Below are positions 37,056 to 49,992 of a stretch of DNA of 64,000 nt, piece after piece. How positions within the stretch are numbered: the first letter of the stretch is position 1; every line of letters begins with the position of its first letter. This stretch comes from Squalus acanthias. Its lineage: Eukaryota. A model generated the notes under the pieces. That model saw nothing but the letters and a program-made list of their open reading frames with translations. It was not told the origin of the DNA and ran no database searches. The position numbers and the translations under genes were made by a program. The stretch spans positions 158,102,001-158,166,000 of the forward strand of contig CM059431.1 in NCBI GenBank assembly GCA_030390025.1, read 5' to 3'.

Positions 37056-39469
37056 ACATAAGAACATAAGAACATAAGAAATAGGCGCAGGAGGAGACCA
37101 ATCGGCCCCTCGAGCCTGCTCCGCCATTCAATGAGATTATGGCTTATCTGATCCAACCTCAATTCTAAAGAACACAAGAAGCAGGAGCTGGACCAGGCCA
37201 CTCGGCCCCTGGGCCCGCTCCGCCACCCACAGGGCCTTGACCGATCCGAACTCAAACTCATGTCCAATTTCCAGCCCGCTCCCCGTAACCCCTGATTCCC
37301 TTTACTTCTAGGAAACAGTCTATTTCTGTTTTAAATTTATTTAATGAAGTAGCTTCCACAGCTTCCTGGGGTAGCAAATTCCACAGACACACTACCCTCT
37401 GAGTGAAAAAGTTTCTTCTCATCTCAGTTTTGAAAGAGCAGCCCCTTATACTAAGATTATGTCCCCTAGTTCTAGTTTCACCCATCATTGGGAACATCCT
37501 CACCGCGTCCAACCGATCAAGCCCCTTCACAATCTTATATGTTTCAATAAGATCGCCTCTCATTCTTCTGAACTCCAATGAGTAGAGTCCCAATCTACTC
37601 AACCTCTCCTCCTATGTCCACCCCCTCATCCTCGGAATTAACCGAGTGAACCTTCTTTGTACTGCCTCGAGAGCAAGTATGTCTTTTCTTAAGTATGGAC
37701 ACCAAAACTGTATGCAGTACTCCTGGTGCGGTCTCACCAATACCCTATACAACTGCAGCAATACCTCCCTGTTTTTATATTCTATCCCCCTAGCAATAAA
37801 AGCCAACATTCCATTGGCTTTCTTGATCACCTGCTGCACCTGCATATTAACTTTTTGATTTTCTTGCACAAAGACCCCCAGATCCCTTTGTACTGCAGTA
37901 CTTTCCAGTTTCTCGCCATTAAGATAATAACTTGCTCTCTGATATTTCCTGCCAAAGTGCATAACCTCACATTTTCCAATATTGTATTGCATCAGCCAAA
38001 TCTCTGCCCACTCACCCAGCCTGTCTATATCCCCTTGTAGGTTTTTTATGTCCTCCTCACTCTCTACTTTCCCTCCCATCTTTGTATCATCTGCAAACTT
38101 TGATATGTTACACTCGGTCCCCTCCTCCAAATCGTTAATATAGATTGTAAAGAGTTGGGGACCCAGCACCGACCCCTGCGGAACACCACTGGCTACTGGT
38201 AGCCAGTCCGAGAATGAACCATTTATCCCAACTCTCTGCTTCCTGTTAGATAACCAATCCTCCACCCATGCCAGAATATTAACCCCAATCCAGTGATTTT
38301 TTATCTTGAGTAATAATCTTTTATGTGGCACCTTGTCGAATGCCTTCTGGAAGTCTAAATACACTACATCCACTGGTTCCCCTTTATCCACCCTGTACGT
38401 TATGTCCTCAAAGAACTCGAGCAAATTTGTCAGACATGACTTCCCCTTCATAAAGCCATGCTGACTCTGTCCTATTAAATTATGTTTATCTAAATGTTCC
38501 GTTACTGTCTCCTTAATAATAGACTCCAAAATTTTACCCACCACTGATGTTAGGCTAACTGGTCTATAATTTCCAGCCTTCTGCCTACAACCCTTTTTAA
38601 ATAAGGTTTTTACATTAGCAGTTTTCCAATCTGCCGGGACCTTTGCTGAGTTCAGGGAGTTTTGGAAAATTATTACCAAAGCATCCACAATTCCTACTGC
38701 ACTTCCCTCAAGACCCTAGGATGTAAGCCATCAGGTCCAGGGGATTTATCCGCCTTGAGTCCCATTATTTTACTGAGTACCAATTCCTTAGTAATTTTAA
38801 TCGTATTTAGCTCCTCCCCCACTAGAGCCCCCTGTTTGTCCAGTGTTGGGATATTCTTAGTGTCCTCTAGCATAAAGACTGAAACAAAAAATTTGTTTAG
38901 CATTTTTGCCATCTCCATGTTTCCCAACATTAATTTCCTGTACTCATCCTCTAAGGGACCTACGTTTGCCTTAACCACCCTTTTTCTTTTTATATAACTA
39001 TAGAAACTCTTGCTATCTGTTTTTATATTTTTGCTAATTTATTTTCATTGTCTATTTCCCCTTTCTTAATCAATCCTTTAGCTACTTTTTGGTATCTTTT
39101 GAAGACTTCCCAATCTTCTATCCTCCCACTAACTTTGGCTACCTTATATGTCCTTGTTTTTAGTTGGATACTTTATTTAATTTCTTTACTTAGCCATGGA
39201 TGGCTGTCATTTCTTTTACACACTTTTTTCCTCATTGGAATATATTTATTTTGAAAGTTGTAAAATAACTCCTTGAATGAACACCACTGCTCACATACCG
39301 TCTTCCCCTTTAATCCCAGGAATTTGAATCCCTCCCCCTTGCACCATTCCTCTAGCCACGTATTCATTTGAAATATCCTCCTATTTCTACTCTGACTAGC
39401 ACGTGGCACTGGTAGCAAACCTGAGATTACTACCTTTGAGGTCCTATTTTTTAATTTACCTCCTAACTC
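37056..39469 (-). mobile_element. Young CR1 LINE (RT, 3' UTR) with an internal deletion joining the ORF1 C-terminus to mid-ORF2
   Basis: ORF 37612..38688 is a well-conserved RT, and an (acataaga)n tail lies at 37056-37081. ORF 39173..39517 is a chimera (VVISGLLPVPRA...FKFLG|LKGKTVCEQW). Confidence 0.93.
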
Positions 39470-39681
39470 CGGGAGCGGGCTGGAAATTGGACATGAGTTT
39501 GAGTTCGGATCGGTCAAGGCCTTGTGGGTGGTGAAGCGGGCCCAGGGGCCGAGTGGCCTGTTCCAGCTCCTGCTTCTTGTGTTCGTTAGAGTTGAGTTTG
39601 GATCAGATCAGCCATGATCTCATTGAATGGCGAAGCAGGCTCGAGGGGCCGATTAGTCTACTCCTGCTCCTATTTCTTATT
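39470..39681 (+). mobile_element. CR1 3' UTR copy, inverted relative to 37080-37290
   Basis: About 210 bp that are the reverse complement of the neighbouring element's own 3' UTR, including its duplicated stem-loop. Confidence 0.85.
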
Positions 39682-39840
39682 TGGTGATAAATATGGACAA
39701 TTTGGTGATAAGCATGAGCATTCCCCCCCCCCCTCATACTTTAAACAAAGATGTTTGAACATAAATGATCTTTTACCAGTAGTGTGATTCTTATCGACTC
39801 TAACAGATGTCCATTGGATATCTACCACTGCTCCCTTATA

Positions 39841-40131
39841 GCAGGCTCGAGGGGCTGAATTGCATCCTTCTATTCGAGTAACGGACTCGAGGACAACATT
39901 GGCCTTCTCCTTTTCCTATATATCTTGCTCTAGCGGCTGAATGGCCTACTCATGCTCTCATGTTCTAACATAAAAGGTTCAAGCGGCTGGATGATCTTCC
40001 CCTGTTCCTGTGTAACAGGCCCGAGGGACCGAATCGAAGACTGCTGTTGCTATGTAACATGTTCGAAGGGCTGAGCGGCCAATCTCTATTACAGTGTAAC
40101 ATGCCAGAGGAGCGGAATGGCCTACTCCCGT
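39841..40131 (+). repeat. Tandem ~41-42-bp repeat derived from the CR1 3'-terminal stem-loop
   Basis: About 7 degenerate copies of acaggctcgaggggctgaatggcct.ctcctgttcct.tgta. Confidence 0.7.
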
Positions 40132-41790
40132 ACGAATGAATAAATTGCATCTGTCTTCAATAGAGAAGAGGATGCTACGAATGTATCAGTAAAGGAGGAG
40201 GTAGTAGCGATATTGGATAGGATAAAAATAGATAAAGAGGAGGTACTTAAAATGTTAGCACTCCTCAAAGAAAAAAAGTCACCCGTTCTGGATGGGAGGC
40301 ATCCTAGGTTACTGAAGGAAATAACGGTGAAAAAGCAGAAGCAATGGCTGCATTCTGCCAATGATCCTTATATATGGTGTTGGTGGCGGAGGACTGGAGG
40401 ATTGCAAATGCTGCACCCCTGTTGAAAAAGGGGAGACAGATAAGTCGGGCAACTACAGGTCGGTCAGCCTAACGTCGGTAGTGGGAAACGTTGAGAGACA
40501 ATAATCCAGGACAAAATTTATTGGCATTTCGAAAAAAAAGAAACAATAAATTAAAGTCAGCACCGAGTTGTTAAAGGTAAACCATGTTTGGCTAACTTGA
40601 TTGGGTTCTTTGATGAAGTAGCGGAGAGGGTTGATGAGGATAATGCGGTTGACTTTGAGTATATCGACTTTCTAAAGACTTTGACAAAATACCACATGAT
40701 AGTCTTGTTAGCAAAATTAAAGGCCTTGAAATTAAAAGGACAGCGGCATCGTGAATACGAAATTCTTATGGTACAGATAGACATGTGTAGTGATGAATGG
40801 TTGCTTGTTTAGACTGTAGGAAATTATAACGTGGTGTTCCCCAGGGCTCGGACATAGGACCACTGCTCTTCTCGATATATATTTATGACCGCGACTTGGG
40901 GAAACTCCAATATGTAGTAAACAATAAGAAGTATAGGAACAGACTGCAGGAGGGCATAGACAGATGGATGAAATAGGCAGACACATGGCAGGTGAAATTT
41001 AACGGAGAAAAGTATGAATTCATTCATTATGGTGGGAAGCATGAGGAGACGCAATAAAAAATAAAAAGTACTGTTTTAAAGGAGTTACAGGGACAGAGAA
41101 TCCTAGGGGTGTCTGTACACAAATCTTTGCAGTTGGCAGGACAACTTGACAAGGCTGTTAAAAAATCAGATGGGAACTTTGTCTTTATTAATCGCGGAAT
41201 AGATTACAAATACAAGAAAGTTATGCTAAACTTTGTAAAATACTGATTAGGCCGTTGTGGAAGTCTTGTGCTCAAATCTGGGAAAAACATTTTAGGAAGG
41301 CGATCAAGTGCTTAGAGGGGGGGTAGAAGAAATTTACTGGAATTTATCATGGATCAGGGACTTCAGTTATGTGGAGAGAAAGGAGAAGCTGGGACTGTTC
41401 TCCTTAGAGCAGAGAAGGTGAAGAGGATGTGTGATATGTGTTCAAGATCATGAACTGGTTTGATAGAGTGAATAAGGAGAAACAGATTTCAGTGGTGGAA
41501 GGGTCGGAAACCAGAAGACACAGATTTAAGGTGATTGGGAAAAGAACCAGAGACGACATAAGGAAACATTCTTTACACACCGAACTGCTGTGATTTGGAC
41601 TGCACTGACTGAAATGGTGGTGGAAAAAGATTCAATGGTAATATTCAATACAGAAATGGATAAATGCTTGGGGGGAGATAGACATGACATGGCTATGGGC
41701 AAGAGCAGTAGAGTGGGATTAATTGGATAAATGTACCAAAGCGCTGGCACATGGGCCGAATGACCTCCTTCCGTACTGTGTAATTTTAGT
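40132..41790 (+). mobile_element. Decayed CR1 ORF2 and 3' end
   Basis: KSP..DG.HPRLLKEI, NLIGFFDEV and the C-terminal motifs; heavily frameshifted. Confidence 0.8.
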
Positions 41791-42439
41791 TTCAATGAAC
41801 TCCCCGGGAAATAGAGAGAAGAGACCAGGCTCAGCATCAGGCTACAAACGCTACCATTGAAACGGGCAAAATGTTAGTTGAAATAAGGTTTTCGATAACT
41901 GCAGCAGCAATAACAAAGTCCTTACTTAGTTTTGTCATGACACAGGGGCAAAAACAGGACCATAGGGTCGTTAAAGACACAACAGGGCAAACTCTAGCAT
42001 ATGGCTAAGACATTTCAGAGTTTTTGAGCGGCTAGGTAGCATCAGTCTTCACTCCAGTAGATGATGCTCTGTTACCATTAATGCAATGAATAGTTAGTAC
42101 TGGTGTTGATAATGCCAAAGTAGCTACACGTAAAATCCAGAATAAAATAATGGGAGTGGGGGATAGGAATTCATCTTGGGCGGCATTCCAGAAAGTGCTG
42201 GTGCGAATTGGCCGGCTGTTATATTCGCCGCCCCATATTCCGTTCTATTGAAGTCAGTGGAACATTGCTCTACCATCCAAGACGATTTGCTACCCCGGCG
42301 TTTCAAGTCTGACAGGGTTCATGTGCGTCTGGCATTCATCCCAAGGGATGTGTTAAGTATGCTCCTGTTCAATATGTTTAATTGCTCACTACAAATGGTA
42401 AATTACCGCATGAATTGCAGGGAAGTTAATAATGTTTCA

Positions 42440-42900
42440 AATTCAGATCCAGGAAATTATAAACCTATCAGGCTAACTTCCACTTAGTGAAAAGTTGTGA
42501 GAAGGGATAATTGCCGATAGCCTGTATGACAATTGGACAACATTGGAGTTATCAAATATACACTGCATGGCTTCTAAAATAGATTGTCATGTCTCATCAA
42601 CTTGGGGCATTGTTCTGAGGAAATAAACAGGTTTGTTGATGAACCTAGCCCTGTTGACATTAAATAATGGATCTTGAGGAAACGTTTGGCAAGGTGACTC
42701 ACAAGGCCTCACTTCATAACATGGATTCCTGCGGGAGAAGAGGCTAGATTTTGGATTTGATAGGTGCTTGGTAATATTTTCTCAGATGAAGGCTTGTGTA
42801 TTAATGGGAGCGGCTCCATGTGGATAACGGTTACTGGTGGAGTCCCGTAAGGCTTCGTGTAGGGACCACTGTTCATCATAAACTATTTCCATGCTATAGA
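42440..42900 (+). mobile_element. Old CR1-like RT fragment
   Basis: DPGNYKPIRLTS followed by decayed HGF...SCL and GVP.G.V.GPLLF-like sequence. Confidence 0.6.
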
Positions 42901-43864
42901 TCAGAGGTCCGCTAACTTTTATTGAGCACTTATTCGGATTCATGACCCGTTCGGGCCCCACATGTTTTTGTAAGCAACAGTATTTTGTGGTCCCCAGAAT
43001 GATATCACAGTTTAATTCTACTGGTATAAAAAGCTGGGAAAAAGTGAGAGAATTTCAAAATGCTCAACCTGCTTTCAGGGATTGTCTGCCTCCAACAGTC
43101 AACTACCTCAATGACATCTGTTTTTATGAGGCAATCAGGAAAAACTGCAAGAGTTGTCTTTTTCTTTAACTGACGCAGCCTCGCATAGGGACAGTCGGTG
43201 ATGAGGTGGCGATCTCAGCACAACACGGGAAGTTTGAGTCCCCGCCAATTCCTAGAAGCGGACATTGGACCTGTTGCTTCTGATGCAACAGTAATCAGTT
43301 TGTCTGCAGAAGAAGCAGCTCTGGTGGGTTCAATATTGGCCCATGTGGCCTTGAACCAGCCCGTGAGGAAACTGTGCCTCTTCTACAACTTAAGGTTAGA
43401 CAAGTGGACTCACTGCAATGGATGTGTTGAGGAACTGTTGTAGAATTTTGAGCTTGTGGGGCAGGGGCACACATATAAAACATTAATCTATGCCTGCAGA
43501 TGAGGTTACCGAGGGGCAGCCTCATGGTGATGAGGAGAAATGAGCAGGGATAAGGAGGAGAGTCAGATAAGTTCGAAAGTTCGTCCATTGAAAGAGATCT
43601 TCTACTTGCGTTCGAGTCGGTAGGATAGAAACCACACGATGAGCAGCATTATGGGAGTGGAAATTGGAGGCCAGGTAATGGAACAGGATTCTATGTGATA
43701 GAATAGCGAATGCTGTGGAGAGGTGAGAGACGACAAGGTTAACGCACCATGGACATAGTGACGGAGGATGTCATTCCCGACGCTGGTCGGGGCAGCTTGA
43801 AATACACAGGAACTACAGAACTGAAACCGGTCATTCGGCCCAAGTGGTCTATGGGCGTTTTTAT

Positions 43865-44433
43865 AATGCACACGAGACTACGCAAGATCCTGCAAATCCA
43901 TTGGCAGGATAGGCGCCCCAACATCAGTATTGTTGCTCAGGCCAACATCCCCAACATCGAAGCTTTGACCACGCTCGATCAGCTCCGATGGACGGGTCAC
44001 ATCGTCTGCATGCCCGATACGGGACACCCGAAACAAGAGCTGTACTCGGAGCTCCGACACGGCAAGAGAGCGCTAGGTGTGCAGAGGAAATGCTTCAAGG
44101 ACACCCTCAAAAACTCCTTGAAAAAGTTCAACATCCGCACCGGCACCTGCAAATCCGTGGCCCAAGACTGCACAAAGTGGAGGAGAAGCATCCGGGAAGG
44201 TGCCGAACACCTCGAGTCTCTTCGTCGGGAGTAAGTTGAAGCCAAGCGCAAACAGTGGAAGGAACACACGTCAACCCAAGAACCCCACCCACCCGCCCCT
44301 TCAACCACTGTCTGCCCCACCTGTGACAGAGACTGTAGGTCCCGCATTGGGCTCATCAGTCACCTGAGACCCCATTTTTAGTGTGGAAGTAAGTCATCCT
44401 CGGTTCCGAGGGACTGCCGAAGAAGAAGAAGAA
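43865..44433 (+). mobile_element. RTE-clade LINE 3' fragment
   Basis: LRKILQIHWQDRRPN...QLRWTGHIVCMPD...PKQ.LYSEL..GKR..G.QRKCFKDTLK, a C-terminal C2H2-like motif CPTCDRDCRSRIGLISHLRPH, and an (aag)n tail. Confidence 0.85.
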
Positions 44434-44989
44434 CTCCACACGAGACTCCTCCCAATCGAATTACCTAATTCCACTCTTCCCCGCACCCCTCTATTCCTAT
44501 CTTCTGCATAGACATAACAAGCCTCTCTTAATATTTGACAAAGCTGATTTCTTTCATCAGGGTGGAAGAAAGAATTAAGGGATTTGAACAGGAATTCTAG
44601 GGAGAGAGGCACAAGCGATTAGTTAATAACACGTTTCATGGCGTTAGATCAGTTACATCAATGTTAAATAGTGTTCATAAACCGGTGATCTAATCCTCCT
44701 GGAAAGAATTGCGTGGGTTTGCCACACTTCCCTCACTTAGAATCACGGAGTCATATAATGATATAGCGCAGAAGTAGGCCATTCGGCCATGGTGCCTGTG
44801 CTGGCTCTTTGGAAGAGCTATCTAATTAGTCGGAATCCTTTGCTCTTTCCCTGTAGTCCAGATGTATTTTACTTTGCAAGTAGTTATCGAAATCCCTTTT
44901 GAAAATTCTTATTGAATATGCTTCTATCATCCTTTCAGGCAGTCCACTCCTGATCATGACAACTCGCTGTGTAAGTTTTCTTTCCTCAG

Positions 44990-45680
44990 GCCGCCTTATT
45001 CCACCTCAGTAACATCGCCCGTATCCGCCCCGCCTCAGCTCATCCGCTGCTGAAACCATCATCCATGCCTCTGTTACCTCTAGACGTGAGGATTCCAACG
45101 CACTCCTAGCTGCTCCTCACATTCTACCCTACATAAACTTGAGTTCATCCAAAATTCGGTTCCCCGTGTCCTAACTCGCACGGAGTCCCATGTCCCGTTC
45201 ACCCATTACCCCTCTGCTCGCTGACATTCATTGGCTCCGCGTTAAGCAAAGCCTCGATTACAAAATTCTCATCCTTGTTTTCAAATCCCACCATAGCCTC
45301 GCCCCTCCCTATCTCTGTAATGTCCTTCAGCTCCACAACCCTCCGAGATAAATGCACTCCTGTAATTCTGCCCTCTTGAGAATTCCTGATTATAATCGCT
45401 CAACAATTGCTGGACATGCCTTCTCTTGCCTCGGCCCTAAGCTCTGAAATTCCCTGCCTAAAGTTCTCCGCCTTGCTACCTCTCTTTCTTCCTTTAAAAC
45501 GTTCCTTAAAACCTTACTCTTCGACCAAGCTTTTGGTAACCTGCCCCTAATTTCTCCTTATGTGGCTTGGTGTCATATTTTCTTTTCTTCTAATACTCCT
45601 ATGAAGCGCCTTGGGACGTTTTACTACGTTAAAGGCGCTATATAAATATAAGTTGTTGTTGCTGTTTTTGTTGTTTTTGT
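44990..45680 (+). mobile_element. L2-type LINE 3' fragment
   Basis: The C-terminal ORF2 remnant reads PITPLLADIHWL.VKQSLDYKIL.LVFK and ends ttaaaggcgctatataaatataagttgttgttg. Confidence 0.75.
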
Positions 45681-45790
45681 CATGTCGCCTTTCTGTTGCC
45701 AATAATCTTAAATATGTGTCCTCTGATTACCAGCACCTCTGCCAGTCGAAACATTGTCTCCTTATCTACTCTGTCAAAATCCTTCAAGAT

Positions 45791-46378
45791 GTGGAGATGC
45801 CGGTGTTGGACTGGGGTGAACAAAAATGAGAATTCGCACAACACCAGGTTATAGTCCAACAGATTTATTTAAAATTACAAGCTTTTGGAGCTGTCGCCCC
45901 TTCCTCAGGTAAAGTTACTGTGAGACAATCTCCCAGAATTCACAATATAAACACAGAGAAAATGCATTCAATCTTTCCCTACATCAAAGACACACTAAGA
46001 GCCCAGCCAAGACAATGAGATGTGTCCCAGGGGGTCCAACGTGTCAAAACACCTGCTGGCTGCATATCCTCTCCATTTGGGTTTGTTTCTTGTGTTTAAA
46101 AAAACAAACACAAGAAACAAACCCAAATGGAGAGGATATGCAGCCAGCAGGTGTTTTGACACGTTGGACCCCCTGGGACACATCTCATTGTCTTGGCTGT
46201 GCTCTTAGTGTGTCTTTGATGTAGGGAAAGATTGAATGCATTTTCTCTGTGTTTATATTGTAAATTCTGGGAGATTGTCTCACAGTAACTTTACCTGAGG
46301 AAGGGGCGACAGCTCCGAAAGCTTGTAATTTTAAATAAATCTGTTGGACTATAACCTGGTGTTGTGCGACTTCTCATT
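45791..46378. mobile_element. Fold-back Penelope-like element end (second family): 273-bp inverted arms plus a 34-nt tail, 15-bp TSD
   Basis: Arms 45825-46097 and 46106-46378, 8-nt spacer aaaaaaac, about 4 mismatches. TSD aaaatccttcaagat at 45776-45790 and 46379-46393. Confidence 0.9.
46291..46328 (+). ncRNA. Minimal type I hammerhead ribozyme
   Basis: ttac-CTGAGGA-aggggc gaca gctcc-GAAA-gc tt-gtaa: helix I ttac/gtaa, helix II ggggc/gctcc, palindromic AAGCUU helix III. The mirror copy on minus (~45875-45912) has GAAA changed to AAAA. Confidence 0.8.
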
Positions 46379-46440
46379 AAAATCCTTCAAGATTTTGAAG
46401 GCCTTTATCAATACACCCTTTGTAATCGATTCCAACATGA

Positions 46441-48845
46441 CCCTGTGAAACTGCCCCCTTTTAATCTCCCCCCTGTGAACACCATCCTGTGAAACTCCCC
46501 ACTGTGAAACACCCCCTGTGAATCTTCCCCCTGTGAAACTCACCACTGCGAAACACATCCTGTGAATCTCCTCCCTGTGAACTCCAACCTGTGAAACTCC
46601 CCACTGAGAAACACCCCCTGTGAATCTCCCCCCTGTGAAACTCACCACTGTGAAACACCCCCTGTGAATCTCCCCGCTGTGAACACCATCCTGTGAAACT
46701 AACACCTGTGAATCTCCCCCCTGTGAACTCCATCCTGTGAAACACCCAACTGTGAAACACCCCCTGTGAATCTCCCCCCTGTGAAACTCCCCCCTGTGAA
46801 ACTGCCCCTGTGAAACACCCACCTGTGCAACGTCCCCCTGTTAATCTCCCCCACCTGTGAAACACCTCCCCTGTGAAACTCCCCCTGTGGGACTCCCCGC
46901 TGTGAAACTCACGGTGTGAAACATCTCCCCTGTGAATACCACCCTGAGAAACTCCCGCCTGTGAAACTCCCCCTGTGAAAAACCCCTTGTGAATCTCCCC
47001 CCTGTGAACTTCATCCTTTGAAACTCCCACCTGTGAATCTCCCCCCTGTGAAACTCACCACTGCGAAACACCCCCTGTGAATCTCCCCTCTGTGAACTCC
47101 ATCCTGTGAAACTCCCCACTGAGAAACACCCCCTGTGAATCTCCCCCCTGTGAAACTCATCACTGCGAAACACCCCCTGTGAATCTCCCCCCTGTGAACT
47201 CCATCCTGTGAAACTACCACCGGTGAATCTCCCCCCTTTGAACTCCATCCTGTGAAACTCCCACCTGTGAATCTCCCCCCTGTGAACTCCAGCCTGTGAA
47301 ACTCCCACCTGTGAATCTCCCCCCTGTGATCTCCATCCTGTGAAACTCCCACCTATGAATCTCCCCCATGTGAACTCCATCCTGTGAAACTCACCACTGT
47401 GAAAAACCCCCTGTGAATCTCCCCCCGTGAACTCCATCCTTTGAAACTCCCACCTGTGAATCTCCCCGCTGTGAACTCCATCCTGTGAAACTCACCACTG
47501 TGAAACACCCCCTGTGAATCTCCCCCCTGTGAAAATCCCCCCTGTGAAACTGCCCCTGCGAAACACCCAGCTGTGCAACGCCCCCCTGTGAATCTCCGCC
47601 CCCCGCTGTGAAACTCCCCCCTGTGAAACACCCTACTGTGAAACATCCCCGTGATACTTTCCTTGTGAAACACCTCCCCTGTGAAACTCCCCCTGTGGGA
47701 CTCCCCGCTGTGAAACTCACGGTGTGATACATCTCCCCTGTGAATACCACCCTGTGAAACTCCCGCCTGTGAAACTCCCCCTGAGAAAAACCCCTTGTGA
47801 ATCTCCCCCCTGTGAACTCCATCCTTTGAAATTCCTACCTGTGAAACTCCCACCTGTGAAAATCCCCCCTGTGAAACTGCCCCTGTGAAACACCCACCTG
47901 TGCAACGCCCCCCTGTGAATCTCCCCCTCTGTGTATCTCCCCCCTGTGAACTCCATCCTGTGAAACTCCCCCCTGTGAAACACCCTACTGTGAAACACCC
48001 CCTTGATACTTTTCTTGTGAAACACCTCCCCTGTGAAACTCCCGCTGTGGGACTCCCCACTGTGAAACTCCCGCTGTGAAACATCACCCCTGTGAATACC
48101 ACCCTGTGAAACTCCCGCCAATGAAACTCCCCCTGTGAACACACCCCTGTGAAACTCCCACCTGTGAATCTCCCCCCTGTGGAAATCTCCACCTGTGAAT
48201 CTCCCCACTGTGAAACTCCCCACCTGTGAAACAGCCCCCTTGAATCTCCCCACCTGTGAAACTTGTCCCCCTGTGATACTCACCCCTATGATGCTTCCCC
48301 TTGTGATTCTCCCCACTGTGATACACCTCGCGTGCGAAACACGCCACCCGTGAAACTCCACCCTCTGAGTTCCACTTTGTGAAATTCCCCCGGGTGAAAG
48401 TCCCCTCTGTGAAACTGTCCCCTGTGGTACTATCTCCTGTGAAATATTCCCCCTGTAAAACTCCCCAGCCGTGAAATTCCCCCTGTGAAACTTCATTCCC
48501 TGTGAAACTCCATTCCCAGTGAAAACCCCTCCTGTGAAACTCCCGCCCTGGAAACTCTCGCCTGTGAAACTCCTCCCCTGTGAAACTCCCTCCTGTGAAA
48601 CTCCCGCACTGTGAAACACCTCCCGTGTAAACCACTCCACCCGTGAAACTCCCCACTCCTGAAACGCCCCCCTGTAATACTCCTCCCTTTGAAACTCCCC
48701 GCTGTGAAACTGACCCCTGTGAAACCCCCTCCTGTGAAACATCTCCCCTATGAAACTTCACCCCTGTGAAACAACCCCGCCTGTGAATCTGTACTCCTGT
48801 GAAAATCCATCTCCTGTGAAACTCCATTCCCTGTGAAACTCCCAT
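46441..48845. repeat. Strand-asymmetric ~14-17-bp minisatellite (ctgtgaaactcccc)n with higher-order duplications
   Basis: ctgtgaaa/ctgtgaat recurs throughout, separated by C-runs. Longer blocks also recur (e.g. cacccacctgtgcaacg at ~46816, ~47564 as a variant, ~47891). Confidence 0.92.
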
Positions 48846-48917
48846 ACGCTGCCACTCTCCGCCTCCTATCATTTCCCCTCCAACCCGTCCCCTGTAACCC
48901 CTCCCCCTGATGTTTGT

Positions 48918-49182
48918 GGAATTAATATTGACCAGGACAACCGGAAATATCTCCCCTGGCTCTTCCTCGAAATAGCACCATGTGATCTTTGACGTACAGC
49001 AGGGAGACCCGACGGGGCTTCGTTTTAACTTCAAATCCGAAAGACGGCACCTCCGGCAGTGCAGCGCTCCCTCAGCACTGCACCGGAATGTCAGCCTGAA
49101 TTTTGTGCTCAAATCTCTGCAGCAGAACTTTAACCACAATCTTCTGGCTGCAAGGCGAGGATGCTACCAACTGAGCCATGAA
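48918..49182 (-). mobile_element. tRNA-derived Deu-domain SINE (SacSINE1-like)
   Basis: Minus strand: tggctcagttggtagca (A box), then caggctgacattccggtgcagtgctgagggagcgctgcactgccggaggtgccgtctttcgga (Deu-domain-like). Confidence 0.75.
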
Positions 49183-49992
49183 ACACTGCCGAATTCTGGG
49201 AGTTGTATCCCTGAGAGAGGCTCAAACTGGTACAGGTACATTCTGGGTCTGTGCGACTTCGCTGAGCATCTTGATTGTGGAAATGCTGCAGAATATAAGA
49301 ATTCGGTCCCAGAGAGAGAGAGAGAAGCAAGGTTTGCGGTGAAAGTACTGAAGGTAATTCTCACAGATAATTGCTGATGTTCTGGGAATGTTACTTCTCT
49401 ATTCCAGTATTATTTCAATTTTCATCCATTTTTTTTTACAATTCTTACATTAACAGATTCCATCCCAAAGTCCCTTATTTTCACTTATTGCTGATTTTCA
49501 GGAGGCTTTCCAATAAATAAAGACATCAACAAAAAATATTTAAACAGCTTTGTCATTCTCGGTTTCCAATAAGGAAAAATCAGCCCCAAATCCGTCGCTC
49601 TCAGATATTCACTCCAGTTCGAGAGTGAGGCCTGTAGTGCAGACATTAACTGCAGATGGGGCCTTGAACCCAACGCCCGAAATCTCGGGAATTGCGGTTA
49701 AGAAGATCCAACTGCTCAGCAAGTGTAACTATTCATCAATTAACAGAAAAACAATTGGTTCATAAATTAAGTATAAACTGCAAGAATACACTTACAAGAT
49801 AATATTAACGTTTAATATAAAAAATAAACATATAACATTGCATGAATGGTACAACTTGTCCGTCAATAATAAAAAACAATATTTAAGTGCTCCTTCAGAA
49901 TCGGAGTATGACACATTTTGTGGCCTTCAGCCCAGCTCCGGTAGTCGATCCGGTTCGACATCCACCCGCACGCGAGCACTGTATTTCTGCAG

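Noticed and set aside
45995..46224. Near-identical small ORFs on both strands (MCPRGSNVSKH...)
   Set aside because: They are a by-product of the DNA palindrome and show no recognisable domain.
46349..49139. Long Gly-rich ORFs (GGSFTG / EFHRG repeats)
   Set aside because: They are stop-poor translations of the minisatellite and are open in several frames at once.
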